Shown here piece after piece: positions 17,760-27,535 of a stretch of DNA of 64,000 nucleotides. The notes under the pieces are model-generated. The model saw only the letters and a program-made list of their open reading frames with translations, was not told the origin of the DNA and made no database searches. Where the stretch lies: the IMG/VR virus record IMGVR_UViG_3300024312_000003, positions 32,001-96,000 of that record. One strand, written 5' to 3'. Source of the DNA: a virus. The position numbers were made by a program, and so were the translations under genes. Position 1 is the first letter of the stretch, and each line of letters opens with the position of its first letter.

Positions 17760-17880
17760 ATTCTTTATCTGTTTAGATGGAAACTTGAGATCATCATCTA
17801 CACAATTGGTTATTTTTTCCTATATTTCTCTTTTCTATGTCGAGTTAAATCTCAGAAAAATTTAAAATAGAAGAAAGAAA

Positions 17881-19431
17881 ATGGATAATAAACTGATCTT
17901 GATCCAGGCTATTACTCTTCTAGCTAGAGAAAGTCAATTGGAAGATGGTGGTGTAGATTCGTCCGCTATCATTCGACCTATTGCTGAAAGTGTTCAATTA
18001 CCAGACATCAGCATTGGTCTTGTGGATTCCGAAAGAGAAATACTCATCGGACTAAAAAAGATTTGCATTGACATGTGTGATGCACCTGTCAAGAAATTTG
18101 AAGTACTAGATATTCTTCAAAAAGTACAATACATTTGTAGAAATGAAGAATCACTATATAAGACTCTACATAGTGGTATTTCTACAGAATTAGAACAAAA
18201 TAAACTTAAGAAGGTCTGCGCTTCAATTCGTCGTTCAATTAAGAAACACGAAGATGAGAAGAAGATTTCTGAAATTCTTCAAAAGGCAGCAACTGACGTT
18301 AAATTCAACAGAGACAAAATCACAGACATTCACGCATTTGTTGCAGAAATGTATACAAAGCTAGATCCTTTTAGGACTGGTAAAGATGATGTTGATCCAG
18401 CGATTGTTGGTTGTGTTGATTTCAGTGATAAAGAATCTCTTGAAAAAGAATTTGAACTTGGTAAAGAGCTAAACGATGATCGAGGTATCCTTAAGACCGG
18501 ATGGCAGGGTATTAATCGTCTTACTCAAGGTGGATTGAGAAGAGGTGAGTCGATTGTTGCGCTTGGTTTACAACATAATTTTAAAACAGGCTTTACTCTA
18601 TCTTTATTTAAACACATCGCTCTTTATAACAAACCATTTATGCTTGATGAGAAGAAGAAGCCCATGCTTCTACATATCTCATTTGAAAACTCTTTGAGTC
18701 TTAACATGCCGTTCTTGTATAAGAACATCTATGAAAATAAGACTCTGCAACAAGCGGATATAGCTAGTAAAACTTCCGAAGAAATGGCAGCTTATGTCAT
18801 TGAGGAATTGAAGGTTAACGGATATGAAATCAGATTCATTCACGTTAATCCTTCCTTGTGGACATATCTGGATATTCAAAACTACGTGACGTCTCTTGAA
18901 GCTGAAGGTTATGAAATTCATCTGTTGATGACTGACTACCTGAATATGATTCCAAAAACTGGTTGCGATAACACTGGTCCTCAAGGAAGTAACATTCGGG
19001 ATTTGTTTAGAAGAATGCGTAACTTTTGTGCTGCAAGAAAGACAACCTTTGTTACCCCTCACCAGCTTTCCACTGAAGCAAAGATGCTTATCAGAAATGG
19101 ACTAGAGGATACCTTTGTTAAAGAAGTTGCTAATAAAGGTTACTATGATAGTTGTAGAACGATTGACCAGGAAGTAGATCTGGAAATCTATTTCCACATT
19201 GTTAAGGTCGATGGTAAGTCATATTTGACAGTGCAGCGCGGTAAACATCGTTTGATCCATCAGACGAAGCCAGAATATCTTTATTGTGTTCTTCCATTTG
19301 AAGACATTGGCGATATTCGAGATGACGTTAATGGACCGGATACAACCCGTAAAAAGCCAGGTCATGGTCCTATGGGATCTACAACCTCTGTTCCTTTTTG
19401 GGATTTTAGTGGTGAAAACTCACCTACTTAA
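17881..19431 (+). CDS. dnaB: DnaB-like replicative helicase
   Basis: LKTGWQGINRLTQGGLRRGE, Walker A-like GLQHNFKT, LLMTDYL, VTPHQLS and LTVQRGKHR motifs. Confidence 0.9.
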   Translation: MDNKLILIQAITLLARESQLEDGGVDSSAIIRPIAESVQLPDISIGLVDSEREILIGLKKICIDMCDAPVKKFEVLDILQKVQYICRNEESLYKTLHSGISTELEQNKLKKVCASIRRSIKKHEDEKKISEILQKAATDVKFNRDKITDIHAFVAEMYTKLDPFRTGKDDVDPAIVGCVDFSDKESLEKEFELGKELNDDRGILKTGWQGINRLTQGGLRRGESIVALGLQHNFKTGFTLSLFKHIALYNKPFMLDEKKKPMLLHISFENSLSLNMPFLYKNIYENKTLQQADIASKTSEEMAAYVIEELKVNGYEIRFIHVNPSLWTYLDIQNYVTSLEAEGYEIHLLMTDYLNMIPKTGCDNTGPQGSNIRDLFRRMRNFCAARKTTFVTPHQLSTEAKMLIRNGLEDTFVKEVANKGYYDSCRTIDQEVDLEIYFHIVKVDGKSYLTVQRGKHRLIHQTKPEYLYCVLPFEDIGDIRDDVNGPDTTRKKPGHGPMGSTTSVPFWDFSGENSPT

Positions 19432-19432
19432 A

Positions 19433-19909
19433 ATGAAAAAACTACTTAATAAACTAGTCACTAAGTTTTTTAAATGGATCGAATATGAAGGCATCATCGG
19501 TCCCCCTGGACCTCCCGGACCACAAGGATTGCGTGGTTTAGATGCCAAAGTACCAGATATCAACAAACATCCCGGATATACAACCATGTGTCCTTTTAAC
19601 ACTAAGGGGGATGGTTTGGGAATTGAAACAATTAACATAGATTGTAACTTCACTTCCTATTGCTTCAATCTGGAGAAGAATAAGGAATATATTCTTTCCT
19701 TTATTAATTACCCGCAAGAGCAATTTGCAGTAACTAAAATAAAATTACTGTTCATCAAATGTAAAGGCGGGTATATCAAGTTTGGTGACAATATTGTTTT
19801 TAATTCACCTTCTGAAATGCCGATATTTAAAGAAGGTTCAACTGTTGTTTTGGAAGTTATGACAATGGACGGTGTTACGTGGTATGCTAAAACAATTCAT
19901 GGATATTGA
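19433..19909 (+). CDS. Small protein with a short collagen-like G-X-Y repeat
   Basis: Start at MKKLLNK right after the DnaB stop. GPPGPPGPQGLRG followed by a beta-rich domain. Confidence 0.6.
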   Translation: MKKLLNKLVTKFFKWIEYEGIIGPPGPPGPQGLRGLDAKVPDINKHPGYTTMCPFNTKGDGLGIETINIDCNFTSYCFNLEKNKEYILSFINYPQEQFAVTKIKLLFIKCKGGYIKFGDNIVFNSPSEMPIFKEGSTVVLEVMTMDGVTWYAKTIHGY

Positions 19910-19943
19910 TGTTGATCCTATGAAATAAATAGGAGAATCTTCC

Positions 19944-20684
19944 ATGTCTAAGAAACAATTAGAAGACCACATATTGACTTACCCAGATTCAAAGTCAAAA
20001 GAACTCACGGTATTTACAAGAGATGAAATCGGTGAACTCTACCACATCTCTAAAGATACTACTATCAGAGAATTTACACCAAGATTCTCTAAAAGACAAA
20101 TGAGTACTGAAGACATAACCATATCTAGAGTTGTTAGTTGCCCAACAATTTATGGTTGTATACTTGCATATTCATCTATGCATGCCGATTATACGAATCT
20201 AATCACTAAAATAAATGACAAAGATTCAACGTGGAAAGGTGGGTATGTCATTTATAGATTGGATTACGAGTTTGGATTGAGTCCGAGTTCTAAATTGGTT
20301 CCTGATGTAAATTATACCGATGAAAAATGGTTAGTTGCTTACAATGAATTAACCAAAGGATACAGACCGACTAAGGTAGGTAAGATCTTTGCACAACAAA
20401 TTACATATAAGCCAACTGATGACAAATTACCAACCATAGAAAGCATTTTGTTTATTGAGGTCAATGATTCTAAAGGTATTCAGTTAAGTAAGAATATAAA
20501 ACTGGATAAAGGCTACTGGATTATTGAATTGCCAATATGGGATCATCAATCGTGGAAAAATCTATCTTTTAAGAACGATAATAACATTGTTGTTAAGCAG
20601 ATAAACAGAGATGAATGGTTGTCTAATAAAGATGTCGTAGCAAGCATGCTTTCCGCAGAAGCTCCATCTTATTTTAATTGGTAG
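19944..20684 (+). CDS. Hypothetical protein, possible ART-like fold
   Basis: LYHIS...FTPR...EDITISRVVSCPTIYGC pattern. AGGAG RBS. Confidence 0.5.
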   Translation: MSKKQLEDHILTYPDSKSKELTVFTRDEIGELYHISKDTTIREFTPRFSKRQMSTEDITISRVVSCPTIYGCILAYSSMHADYTNLITKINDKDSTWKGGYVIYRLDYEFGLSPSSKLVPDVNYTDEKWLVAYNELTKGYRPTKVGKIFAQQITYKPTDDKLPTIESILFIEVNDSKGIQLSKNIKLDKGYWIIELPIWDHQSWKNLSFKNDNNIVVKQINRDEWLSNKDVVASMLSAEAPSYFNW

Positions 20685-20689
20685 GGCAT

Positions 20690-20712
20690 AAAGAGGGGAT
20701 TTCCCCTCTTTA
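20690..20712. terminator. Bidirectional terminator
   Basis: aaagagggga-tt-tcccctcttt, near-identical to the hairpin at 1431. Confidence 0.8.
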
Positions 20713-20717
20713 TGCCC

Positions 20718-23294
20718 TTATGCTAAACTTCTATAGGTCAAAGCATTTCCTTGTTGAATCCAATATGTTCCATCAAATTTAAATTTGATGGAACCAACCC
20801 CTGAATTTAAACCAGCAGGATCATCATCTTTCTTAAAGATACTATTCCAAATTATTGTTCTTGCGGTGGCTGATTGCCTTATTGTGAATGTTAACTCATC
20901 ACCAGTTTTAGCATATAACGGTGCATTTATTGTAACATCGGCATCCGGGACAAGAACTGTCACATTATCACCAACTAGAACATTATGCGTTACAGAGGTA
21001 GCTCTGTAGTTTCTGTTTTTATAAGATAATCCTTCGACATTCTTTACTCTAACTATAGGTAAAGATGAAGCGTTTGCTTCTATCGGATTATCTACTTGTG
21101 CAAAATCGCAATCACTTACATTTAAATACGTTGCTCTCGGAGGACTATTACTAGCAGCTCCAATCCCAATCACACCTGTTGCACCTGCTGCTTTTCTAAC
21201 AGTTAAATTTTGTACAAAAAGAGTATTGTTAGCAAGTGATATACTACCAGGTGTGGTGACTGTAGCTCCATTTAAAATGAAGTTATTACCGTCTAGGTCC
21301 TTTAAAGTAATTGTGGTCGAATTTACAATTTGACCGATGCTGTAGAAACCATTAGCAGAACCAACACTGAGCACATTACCAGTTATCGATACAAAATCTC
21401 CCTGCTTCCATCCTAAATAAGCACACTCAATTGCTGCAGCAGAAGCAGAAGCAGAAATATTAGAGATCGTTTTAGTCTGCCAAACATTACCGGAGAATGA
21501 GAACCTAACCGCAAAAGCGTTAGTTGCTAATTCTTCAATTAATCCACTTATTGTTGTGTTTTCAGAATTATGTAACGTAATAGCTGCCGTAGTAGACGGC
21601 ATGTTGGTGCAGACCATGTGACAATTTATTAAATTGTCTTTCGATTTCTGTATTGTTGATTCATTAGTAACCCAAACACCACCATTCGCAGGTACATTTG
21701 GTAAACTAAAATTGAGTTTATTAGACTGAGTGTCTATTAAGTAAGCGCCTTCAAATCTCTGAGCTGTTCCTGTGGTGTCGTTTATATCTATTCTACCGTT
21801 GACAGTTATATCACTGGTTCCAATAGAATGTAAGCCGTGTGAATTGATACCGCTGTGAGATAGTTCTAGATGAAGAATACACCCTGTTCCAGAGCCACCA
21901 GTCGGTGAGTTAGGAGTGCTAGGTAAGACACTATATTTACCTCTTGATATCGGCCTTACAGCTTGCACAGCTCCATTGCCGTCAACTTGAGTTACTCTAT
22001 ATACAGCAGGTTCATCAAAAGTACCACCAGCTATAGTTAAATCTTCTCCAACTTTATAACCTGTACCAGCGGAACATCTTATAAGTTTACCAGACGTCCA
22101 AGCAGTAAAAGTAGATCCGTCTAAACCTACATTGCTTCTGAAAGCATTGTCAGATAATTGTAACGTATCTGTTGCCGGGCTTCTAACTTGATAGAAGCCC
22201 ACTAAATTCTGCATACCGTCAGAGGGAATATCAATAAATGACACAACCTCACCGGTTACTAATCCATGTCCCGCAAGACTTACTTGAACTGGATTGGCTG
22301 CAGTGACTGCAGTTGGAGTTCCGATTATTACTCCAGGAACAGCGGAATAAACGCCCTTACCATCGAAACCAGTTTCAATGTTGACATGGGCAGTTATATC
22401 TCTTAAATCATTTACCACACGGTTGTCCGGGGTGGCGTGATTCATGAACGATATTGCACCATTTCTTAGTATTCCAGCTTTTCCAATGATGTGAACTTTA
22501 CCACCATAAACCTTACCAGTCTTGGTATATCCTAATGCTGAGAATGGTTTTGCGGCTGGAGTGTATGCTTTATATCCATTACCTCTGGTAGATATAACTG
22601 TAACGTTTTCTACACTAAAATTCTTCAGACTCTGGTCATCACAATACACACTGGCAGTAACTTGATCATCTCCAGTTGCAACGCCGTCGTCTCCAGATTC
22701 CACATACCCATTGGTTACACGAATATCTTCTCCGTAAAGTATGTGTAGTCCATCTTGAAATACTCTGGTTGCACCTAGTATTTTAAAGTTATTGATGTTT
22801 ATTCTTTTACCGCTGATTCTAGTTGTCCAGTTGAGTGACCATAATCCAGCAATCATAGTTACGTTGTCGATATCGAGATCTTCTGCATTCATGTAATCCA
22901 TGACTGCTAAATAATTCTTGTTATTTGAATCAAGAATTATATTTCTCAAACCCATCTTCCTGGCAGATCCATACCAGCTACCGTTTTTAAGTATCCATTT
23001 AGCTTTTATACACGCTACCTTGTTACTGGTAAACATGCTTTCAGAATAACTCAGATTTGTTACTTTTTTAAGAGTAGAACCATTACCATCCACTATTACA
23101 AACTCTGGATGATTGATACCATCGACGTTATATTCGTGTTCTTTTCTCAATAATGCTGTTAAAGGTCTTCCTAAAGCCAAGGCGTCGGAACTTGTATCGT
23201 TTAAAAATTCCTCAATCCTAGCCGTGTCATTGTATCCAGTACCGGGAGGTCCGATTCTGATGTCTTTTAGTTGATTTAAACTAATTAATGGCAT
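20718..23294 (-). CDS. Tailspike/tail fibre with a beta-helix (pectin-lyase-like) domain
   Basis: 858 aa with DGLHILYGEDIRVTNGYVESGDDGVATG (GH28-like beta-helix) and DDTA-like N-terminal GYNDTARI. Confidence 0.75.
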   Translation of the reverse strand: MPLISLNQLKDIRIGPPGTGYNDTARIEEFLNDTSSDALALGRPLTALLRKEHEYNVDGINHPEFVIVDGNGSTLKKVTNLSYSESMFTSNKVACIKAKWILKNGSWYGSARKMGLRNIILDSNNKNYLAVMDYMNAEDLDIDNVTMIAGLWSLNWTTRISGKRININNFKILGATRVFQDGLHILYGEDIRVTNGYVESGDDGVATGDDQVTASVYCDDQSLKNFSVENVTVISTRGNGYKAYTPAAKPFSALGYTKTGKVYGGKVHIIGKAGILRNGAISFMNHATPDNRVVNDLRDITAHVNIETGFDGKGVYSAVPGVIIGTPTAVTAANPVQVSLAGHGLVTGEVVSFIDIPSDGMQNLVGFYQVRSPATDTLQLSDNAFRSNVGLDGSTFTAWTSGKLIRCSAGTGYKVGEDLTIAGGTFDEPAVYRVTQVDGNGAVQAVRPISRGKYSVLPSTPNSPTGGSGTGCILHLELSHSGINSHGLHSIGTSDITVNGRIDINDTTGTAQRFEGAYLIDTQSNKLNFSLPNVPANGGVWVTNESTIQKSKDNLINCHMVCTNMPSTTAAITLHNSENTTISGLIEELATNAFAVRFSFSGNVWQTKTISNISASASAAAIECAYLGWKQGDFVSITGNVLSVGSANGFYSIGQIVNSTTITLKDLDGNNFILNGATVTTPGSISLANNTLFVQNLTVRKAAGATGVIGIGAASNSPPRATYLNVSDCDFAQVDNPIEANASSLPIVRVKNVEGLSYKNRNYRATSVTHNVLVGDNVTVLVPDADVTINAPLYAKTGDELTFTIRQSATARTIIWNSIFKKDDDPAGLNSGVGSIKFKFDGTYWIQQGNALTYRSLA

Positions 23295-23400
23295 TTTATT
23301 CTCCGAGAATTGAGAGCTAGTACGTTTTAGTACTACAATCTTCCCTGGTGTGTATTTAATTACAAACTTATGATATTGCCTAGCTCATACAGTACGGCAT

Positions 23401-23429
23401 AAAAACGAAAGGATTAACCTTTCGTTTTT
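23401..23429. terminator. Intrinsic terminator
   Basis: aaaaacgaaagg-attaa-cctttcgttttt. Confidence 0.75.
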
Positions 23430-23455
23430 ATGCATTTAACGTGATGTGTTAAATA

Positions 23456-24058
23456 TTAATTCCAAGTTAGAAATTGAATATACTCGCCAACAGCATGATC
23501 TTTTACTTGGTTTAGAAGAATACTTAAATCCATTCCTTGTTTAAGATATTCGCCTTCTTTGGTATACAATTTATAAGCTGTAAAACTTGGATAAATGTAT
23601 ATCTTTAATAAATAAGCTACCTCACCATATATTTCCAAAGTTCTATTAAATATATTGAGCCTGGATATGTCCGGTTGATTGGTGAACTTTACAGATACCG
23701 ATTTATCGTAGAAAATCTTAAATAGGATTTTAAGATAATTATTGATGACTGAATTAGAAATCAATTCATGATAAACTTCAGTTCTACCTGTTACTTCGTT
23801 GGTTCTGTATGGATATGTGTATCTTTGATTTGTAAGTATGATCGCTAGTATTTTTGCAATCGTGCTTGGAACCCTAACACTATTCCAGTAAAAGTTATCA
23901 TAATGTTTTCTATTAATCGGAGTTTCATTAAATAGCATATTGTAATTCTCATGTATGCTAATTATATCAACACTAAACTTTTGTTTAATTTCTTCAGAGT
24001 GTAATAGTAGAAATGTATTTTCTGAAGTTTTTAAAATACTTGACAGTGTACCATCCAT
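23456..24058 (-). CDS. Hypothetical protein
   Basis: 200 aa ORF with AAAAGGT RBS. Confidence 0.6.
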   Translation of the reverse strand: MDGTLSSILKTSENTFLLLHSEEIKQKFSVDIISIHENYNMLFNETPINRKHYDNFYWNSVRVPSTIAKILAIILTNQRYTYPYRTNEVTGRTEVYHELISNSVINNYLKILFKIFYDKSVSVKFTNQPDISRLNIFNRTLEIYGEVAYLLKIYIYPSFTAYKLYTKEGEYLKQGMDLSILLNQVKDHAVGEYIQFLTWN

Positions 24059-24098
24059 GATTTTACCTTTTTAAGCAAAAAAAAAATAACATAGAGCT

Positions 24099-24130
24099 TT
24101 TAGAGAGTAGGCATTAGCCTACTCTCTAAA
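24099..24130. terminator. Intrinsic terminator
   Basis: tttagagagtagg-cattag-cctactctctaaa. Confidence 0.75.
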
Positions 24131-24133
24131 GTA

Positions 24134-24736
24134 TCAAGGACGTGAATTTGCTTGGAACTCACGCAACTCAGCTGTACGAACATCTTCCAAATACTGATGA
24201 TACTTGGAGATGAAGCCGCGACTCACCAGTTTGCCGTACAAAACATCGTGCCCGTGATATTCGTGATTTTTGGTGCCGGTACTTTCATTTGGATTGTAAT
24301 CCATGTCATTACCGGCATGCCGCATGATCAGGCTCCAAATTTGCTCACCAGTCAGTTGTTCAGCCAATCGCATGCGTTGCATGGTGAAAGGGTAAACGGG
24401 TGCCATACACAAAACCTCAGTGTCGGTGAGGTAATTGTAGATCACCGGGGTCGGAATTTCAGCTCGTGATACCATTTCGTATCGAACAACAAAACCAACG
24501 ACTGGACTGGAATTGTTATTACCAAAAGCAATAACTGGCCGCCCAATCATCATCTCCATCTCAATGTTTTGATGACGAATTTTATTTTCTTCCGCCGCTT
24601 TCTCAATTTGTAGAGCTTTCCTGGTCATGATTGAATTGCTCAATCGAGCCATCTTCTTCGGGAAGAAAGCATACAGCATTTCAATCAGCAGTCCGTTTTG
24701 ACCACTGGCTTCTTTGATGATTTGTTCATTTGTCAT
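24134..24736 (-). CDS. Hypothetical protein
   Basis: 200 aa ORF with AAGGAAAC RBS. Confidence 0.7.
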   Translation of the reverse strand: MTNEQIIKEASGQNGLLIEMLYAFFPKKMARLSNSIMTRKALQIEKAAEENKIRHQNIEMEMMIGRPVIAFGNNNSSPVVGFVVRYEMVSRAEIPTPVIYNYLTDTEVLCMAPVYPFTMQRMRLAEQLTGEQIWSLIMRHAGNDMDYNPNESTGTKNHEYHGHDVLYGKLVSRGFISKYHQYLEDVRTAELREFQANSRP

Positions 24737-24784
24737 GTTGTTTCCTTGTGTATTCTTAAGATTGTGCTTGCTTGTAAAAAACTA

Positions 24785-25066
24785 TCAGTGAAGAATTATT
24801 TTTGGGGGAGCTTTCCGATTGTGGAAAACCTGCATAGAGCCGTCTGAAAATACCAACACTGCAGTCGGACTGGTCATTGTATTCAAGATATTGGTAAATT
24901 GCTCTTTATATTCCCATTTCAAAATCTTGACAAAATCACAATTAATAGCGTTTCCAGAGACCATGTGTTCGACGTATTGTTCCTCAGTCAAATCACACTT
25001 GTAAATCGCGACGTCGTCTGGACGGTTGAACGTTGGTTCTTTATCAACAGTGATGGTAATTGCCAT
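24785..25066 (-). CDS. Hypothetical protein
   Basis: 93 aa ORF, tightly packed in the operon. Confidence 0.6.
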   Translation of the reverse strand: MAITITVDKEPTFNRPDDVAIYKCDLTEEQYVEHMVSGNAINCDFVKILKWEYKEQFTNILNTMTSPTAVLVFSDGSMQVFHNRKAPPKIILH

Positions 25067-25068
25067 AC

Positions 25069-25329
25069 TTAACTCACTAAATGCTGAATGTTGATTATTT
25101 CGTAATTATTCTTCTGGCATTGAAAGTTCTTCAATTCAATACCTTTTAGCGACTCAATTGTCTTTTGCGCTATTTCAATTGTGGTGAAGAATACTCCTTC
25201 AATTGTGGAGCCAATATCAGATTTACTCACCTTTCTAAAACAAGCTTCTGTCTTGTTATTAGAATTCATGATTAAACCAGCATAGACGAGGAATTCATCC
25301 TCGTCTTTTATGCCGATAAAATAAATCAT
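25069..25329 (-). CDS. Hypothetical protein
   Basis: 86 aa ORF with ATGA overlap to the upstream gene. Confidence 0.55.
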   Translation of the reverse strand: MIYFIGIKDEDEFLVYAGLIMNSNNKTEACFRKVSKSDIGSTIEGVFFTTIEIAQKTIESLKGIELKNFQCQKNNYEIINIQHLVS

Positions 25330-25592
25330 AGATGGTATTTAGGGTGAGCCAGCGCTCGTCCGACCCAAATCTCATCGGCTTCACCAACGCCGACTCCCAG
25401 ACCTTTGGATTCACCAAATACCTGGACACCTTCGGCGGTTTGCGTGAAATAACCAGCCCCAGTAATTGTTCCAGGAATGAAACAGTGTTTGATTGCATCG
25501 TGAGGAACCACTTCTGGAATCAAAATGGCACCATCAACGATGACTGTGCCTGCGATGATTTCGCCAGTCACGTATTTTCCTTTTTCGTACAT
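25326..25592 (-). CDS. Hypothetical protein
   Basis: Start moved to MYEKGKY, which has an AAGGAG RBS. Confidence 0.6.
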   Translation of the reverse strand: MYEKGKYVTGEIIAGTVIVDGAILIPEVVPHDAIKHCFIPGTITGAGYFTQTAEGVQVFGESKGLGVGVGEADEIWVGRALAHPKYHL

Positions 25593-25593
25593 T

Positions 25594-26121
25594 TTATTCT
25601 CCTTGATAAACAATGAATGATTGATTTTTTGCTTTGGAGATTTCTTTCCAAAGCATTTCAGGAACAGTGATGTCGTTGAAAGCAGGAATGAATGAAGGCA
25701 TGAAACCGCTTGACTTGTTAACAAGGGTCGACTTCAGAATCCACCTCTTAGAAGAATCAACTCCAGGCATTTGAGAAGGATACCACCAATCCATGATTGA
25801 CGGATTGATATTACTCTCATCAATGAACTTTTGCCGTATGACTCCAAATGAAATCATATCCTGACATGACTTGATCATCATCTCAAACAACATCTCTTGC
25901 ATGCTGTCTTTCTGAATTTTCAACCATCCGTTGAAAACAAAGTAAACGCTTGCTTTGAGGTTATCGAACAAAAGCTCATCCAAAGGCTTGTTGTCAAGTT
26001 CCTTTTGTGCGTTGATTTCAATCTCACATTTCAACAGTGAGACCCCAACTTTATTCATGACTTCGTTACCAAGCATTTTTTCAAATGCATTGTCGAAGTT
26101 CTCGCAAGTGTAAATGCTCAT
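25594..26121 (-). CDS. Hypothetical protein
   Basis: Start moved to MSIYTC, which has an ATGA overlap. Confidence 0.6.
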   Translation of the reverse strand: MSIYTCENFDNAFEKMLGNEVMNKVGVSLLKCEIEINAQKELDNKPLDELLFDNLKASVYFVFNGWLKIQKDSMQEMLFEMMIKSCQDMISFGVIRQKFIDESNINPSIMDWWYPSQMPGVDSSKRWILKSTLVNKSSGFMPSFIPAFNDITVPEMLWKEISKAKNQSFIVYQGE

Positions 26122-26636
26122 TTGATTTTCATTGCGTGAATATCCCAACGATGATCGTAGAGGTCGTTGAGAAATTGTTGATGTGGCAACCAAGCTTCGT
26201 ACAACTTCTCATCCAAATTCACATTCGGATCATAATGACACTTACCGCCTTCGACAGGGATGAGTTGTTGACAGACATATGGACGTTCATCGAAACGCAA
26301 TGAACACCCAGTTTCTGTCAAATTGACACATTGACCAAAGTTATCCCCTCTGGATGTTTTGGTGCTCCATTGCTTACTGATTGATGTCGTCGGTTGCAAA
26401 ACCAAAAACGAGTAATCGGGAGCTACGAGAGTATCGCTATCAGGGTAGATATCGATCTGATTGATGACAACCAAACCATCATCCATCATCTTATCGATGA
26501 TTTCAAACTGATTAGTTTGCCCTTTGAGAATTTGGTTTGGCATGAATGAGCCGGGACTGCTCTTGCAGCACTGACCTCCGCAAGGTGTGCAGATGTCTTT
26601 GTTCTCGTTTTGAATTGGAATGACTTTTTGATTCAT
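26118..26636 (-). CDS. YkgJ/FliB-like cysteine-cluster (Zn/Fe-chelating) protein
   Basis: CTPCGGQCC...CVNLTETGCSL..DERPYVC pattern. Confidence 0.7.
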   Translation of the reverse strand: MNQKVIPIQNENKDICTPCGGQCCKSSPGSFMPNQILKGQTNQFEIIDKMMDDGLVVINQIDIYPDSDTLVAPDYSFLVLQPTTSISKQWSTKTSRGDNFGQCVNLTETGCSLRFDERPYVCQQLIPVEGGKCHYDPNVNLDEKLYEAWLPHQQFLNDLYDHRWDIHAMKIK

Positions 26637-26895
26637 GACTTGGACCTTTTCGCCTTACACTAGCGTACTTTTTCCATTCTCCAGAATACATCATTTTTTC
26701 ACACAGACCCTTAGCGGCTGAGAGCTTATGCCTCGGCATGTAAGTGGTTTGGTCTGTTATGATTTCTAGTTGGTTGACTAGATAGATGTTGTATCCTTTA
26801 TTTTGTTTGTAGTTTGGATCGATTAGGAACATCCACTCCTTATCCAGGAGCAGATATTCCCAGCCATACTTATCGACTTGCCAATAACCAAACAT
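26512..26895 (-). CDS. Hypothetical protein
   Basis: 127 aa ORF. Its 3' end overlaps the next gene by about 125 nt. Confidence 0.5.
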   Translation of the reverse strand: MFGYWQVDKYGWEYLLLDKEWMFLIDPNYKQNKGYNIYLVNQLEIITDQTTYMPRHKLSAAKGLCEKMMYSGEWKKYASVRRKGPSHESKSHSNSKREQRHLHTLRRSVLQEQSRLIHAKPNSQRAN

Positions 26896-26897
26896 TT

Positions 26898-27533
26898 TTA
26901 TTTTGTCTTAACTTTTGCAATAGAAGTATAGACACCTTCTTTAGCCTTTTGCATCTCTGGATTTTCCAGAGATTTCTCATAGTAGTGTTTGTTTACCAAC
27001 CAAATGGACTCACCTGTTGGGAATTTCACTTTTCGCAACATAGTAAGTTTATGACGATATTTACAGTCATATTGGTAATATTGCTCCAACAAGACACTAC
27101 CATCGTCAAATACTTCAGATTCACCATTCAGACGAGTACGCCAATGTCCTGAATTTGTTTTTTGTTCGATATTGAACAAAGCCAATTCTTCAGAAATAGG
27201 AATGAATTGAAGTACAATGGTGAAACCAAATCTGTTGATGTGTTCCAAATCATAATCTGGACGAATTTTCAGAAGTTCCAAATTCAAGGCAATCATTTCT
27301 TGATAGATGTCTCGAACCCTGGACGTTGAAATGCTGTATTGTTCAGCCAAGTCTTTGACTTTTGCATTGTGATTATAGATTTTATCCATGATCACTTTGT
27401 TTCTTGCAGGAATTCGATTGATCTTTTCGAACAATCGGATATAGGCTTCATGTTGCCAAATTTGTCTGTTGTGGTAATCGATTTCCTCAACAGCTGCGGA
27501 ATTAGTGTTAACAAATCGGACAGAGTTAGTCAT
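26898..27533 (-). CDS. Hypothetical protein with an HTH-like segment
   Basis: KVKDLAEQYSISTSRVRDI resembles a sigma-r4/Mor-type helix-turn-helix. Confidence 0.5.
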   Translation of the reverse strand: MTNSVRFVNTNSAAVEEIDYHNRQIWQHEAYIRLFEKINRIPARNKVIMDKIYNHNAKVKDLAEQYSISTSRVRDIYQEMIALNLELLKIRPDYDLEHINRFGFTIVLQFIPISEELALFNIEQKTNSGHWRTRLNGESEVFDDGSVLLEQYYQYDCKYRHKLTMLRKVKFPTGESIWLVNKHYYEKSLENPEMQKAKEGVYTSIAKVKTK

Positions 27534-27535
27534 GA

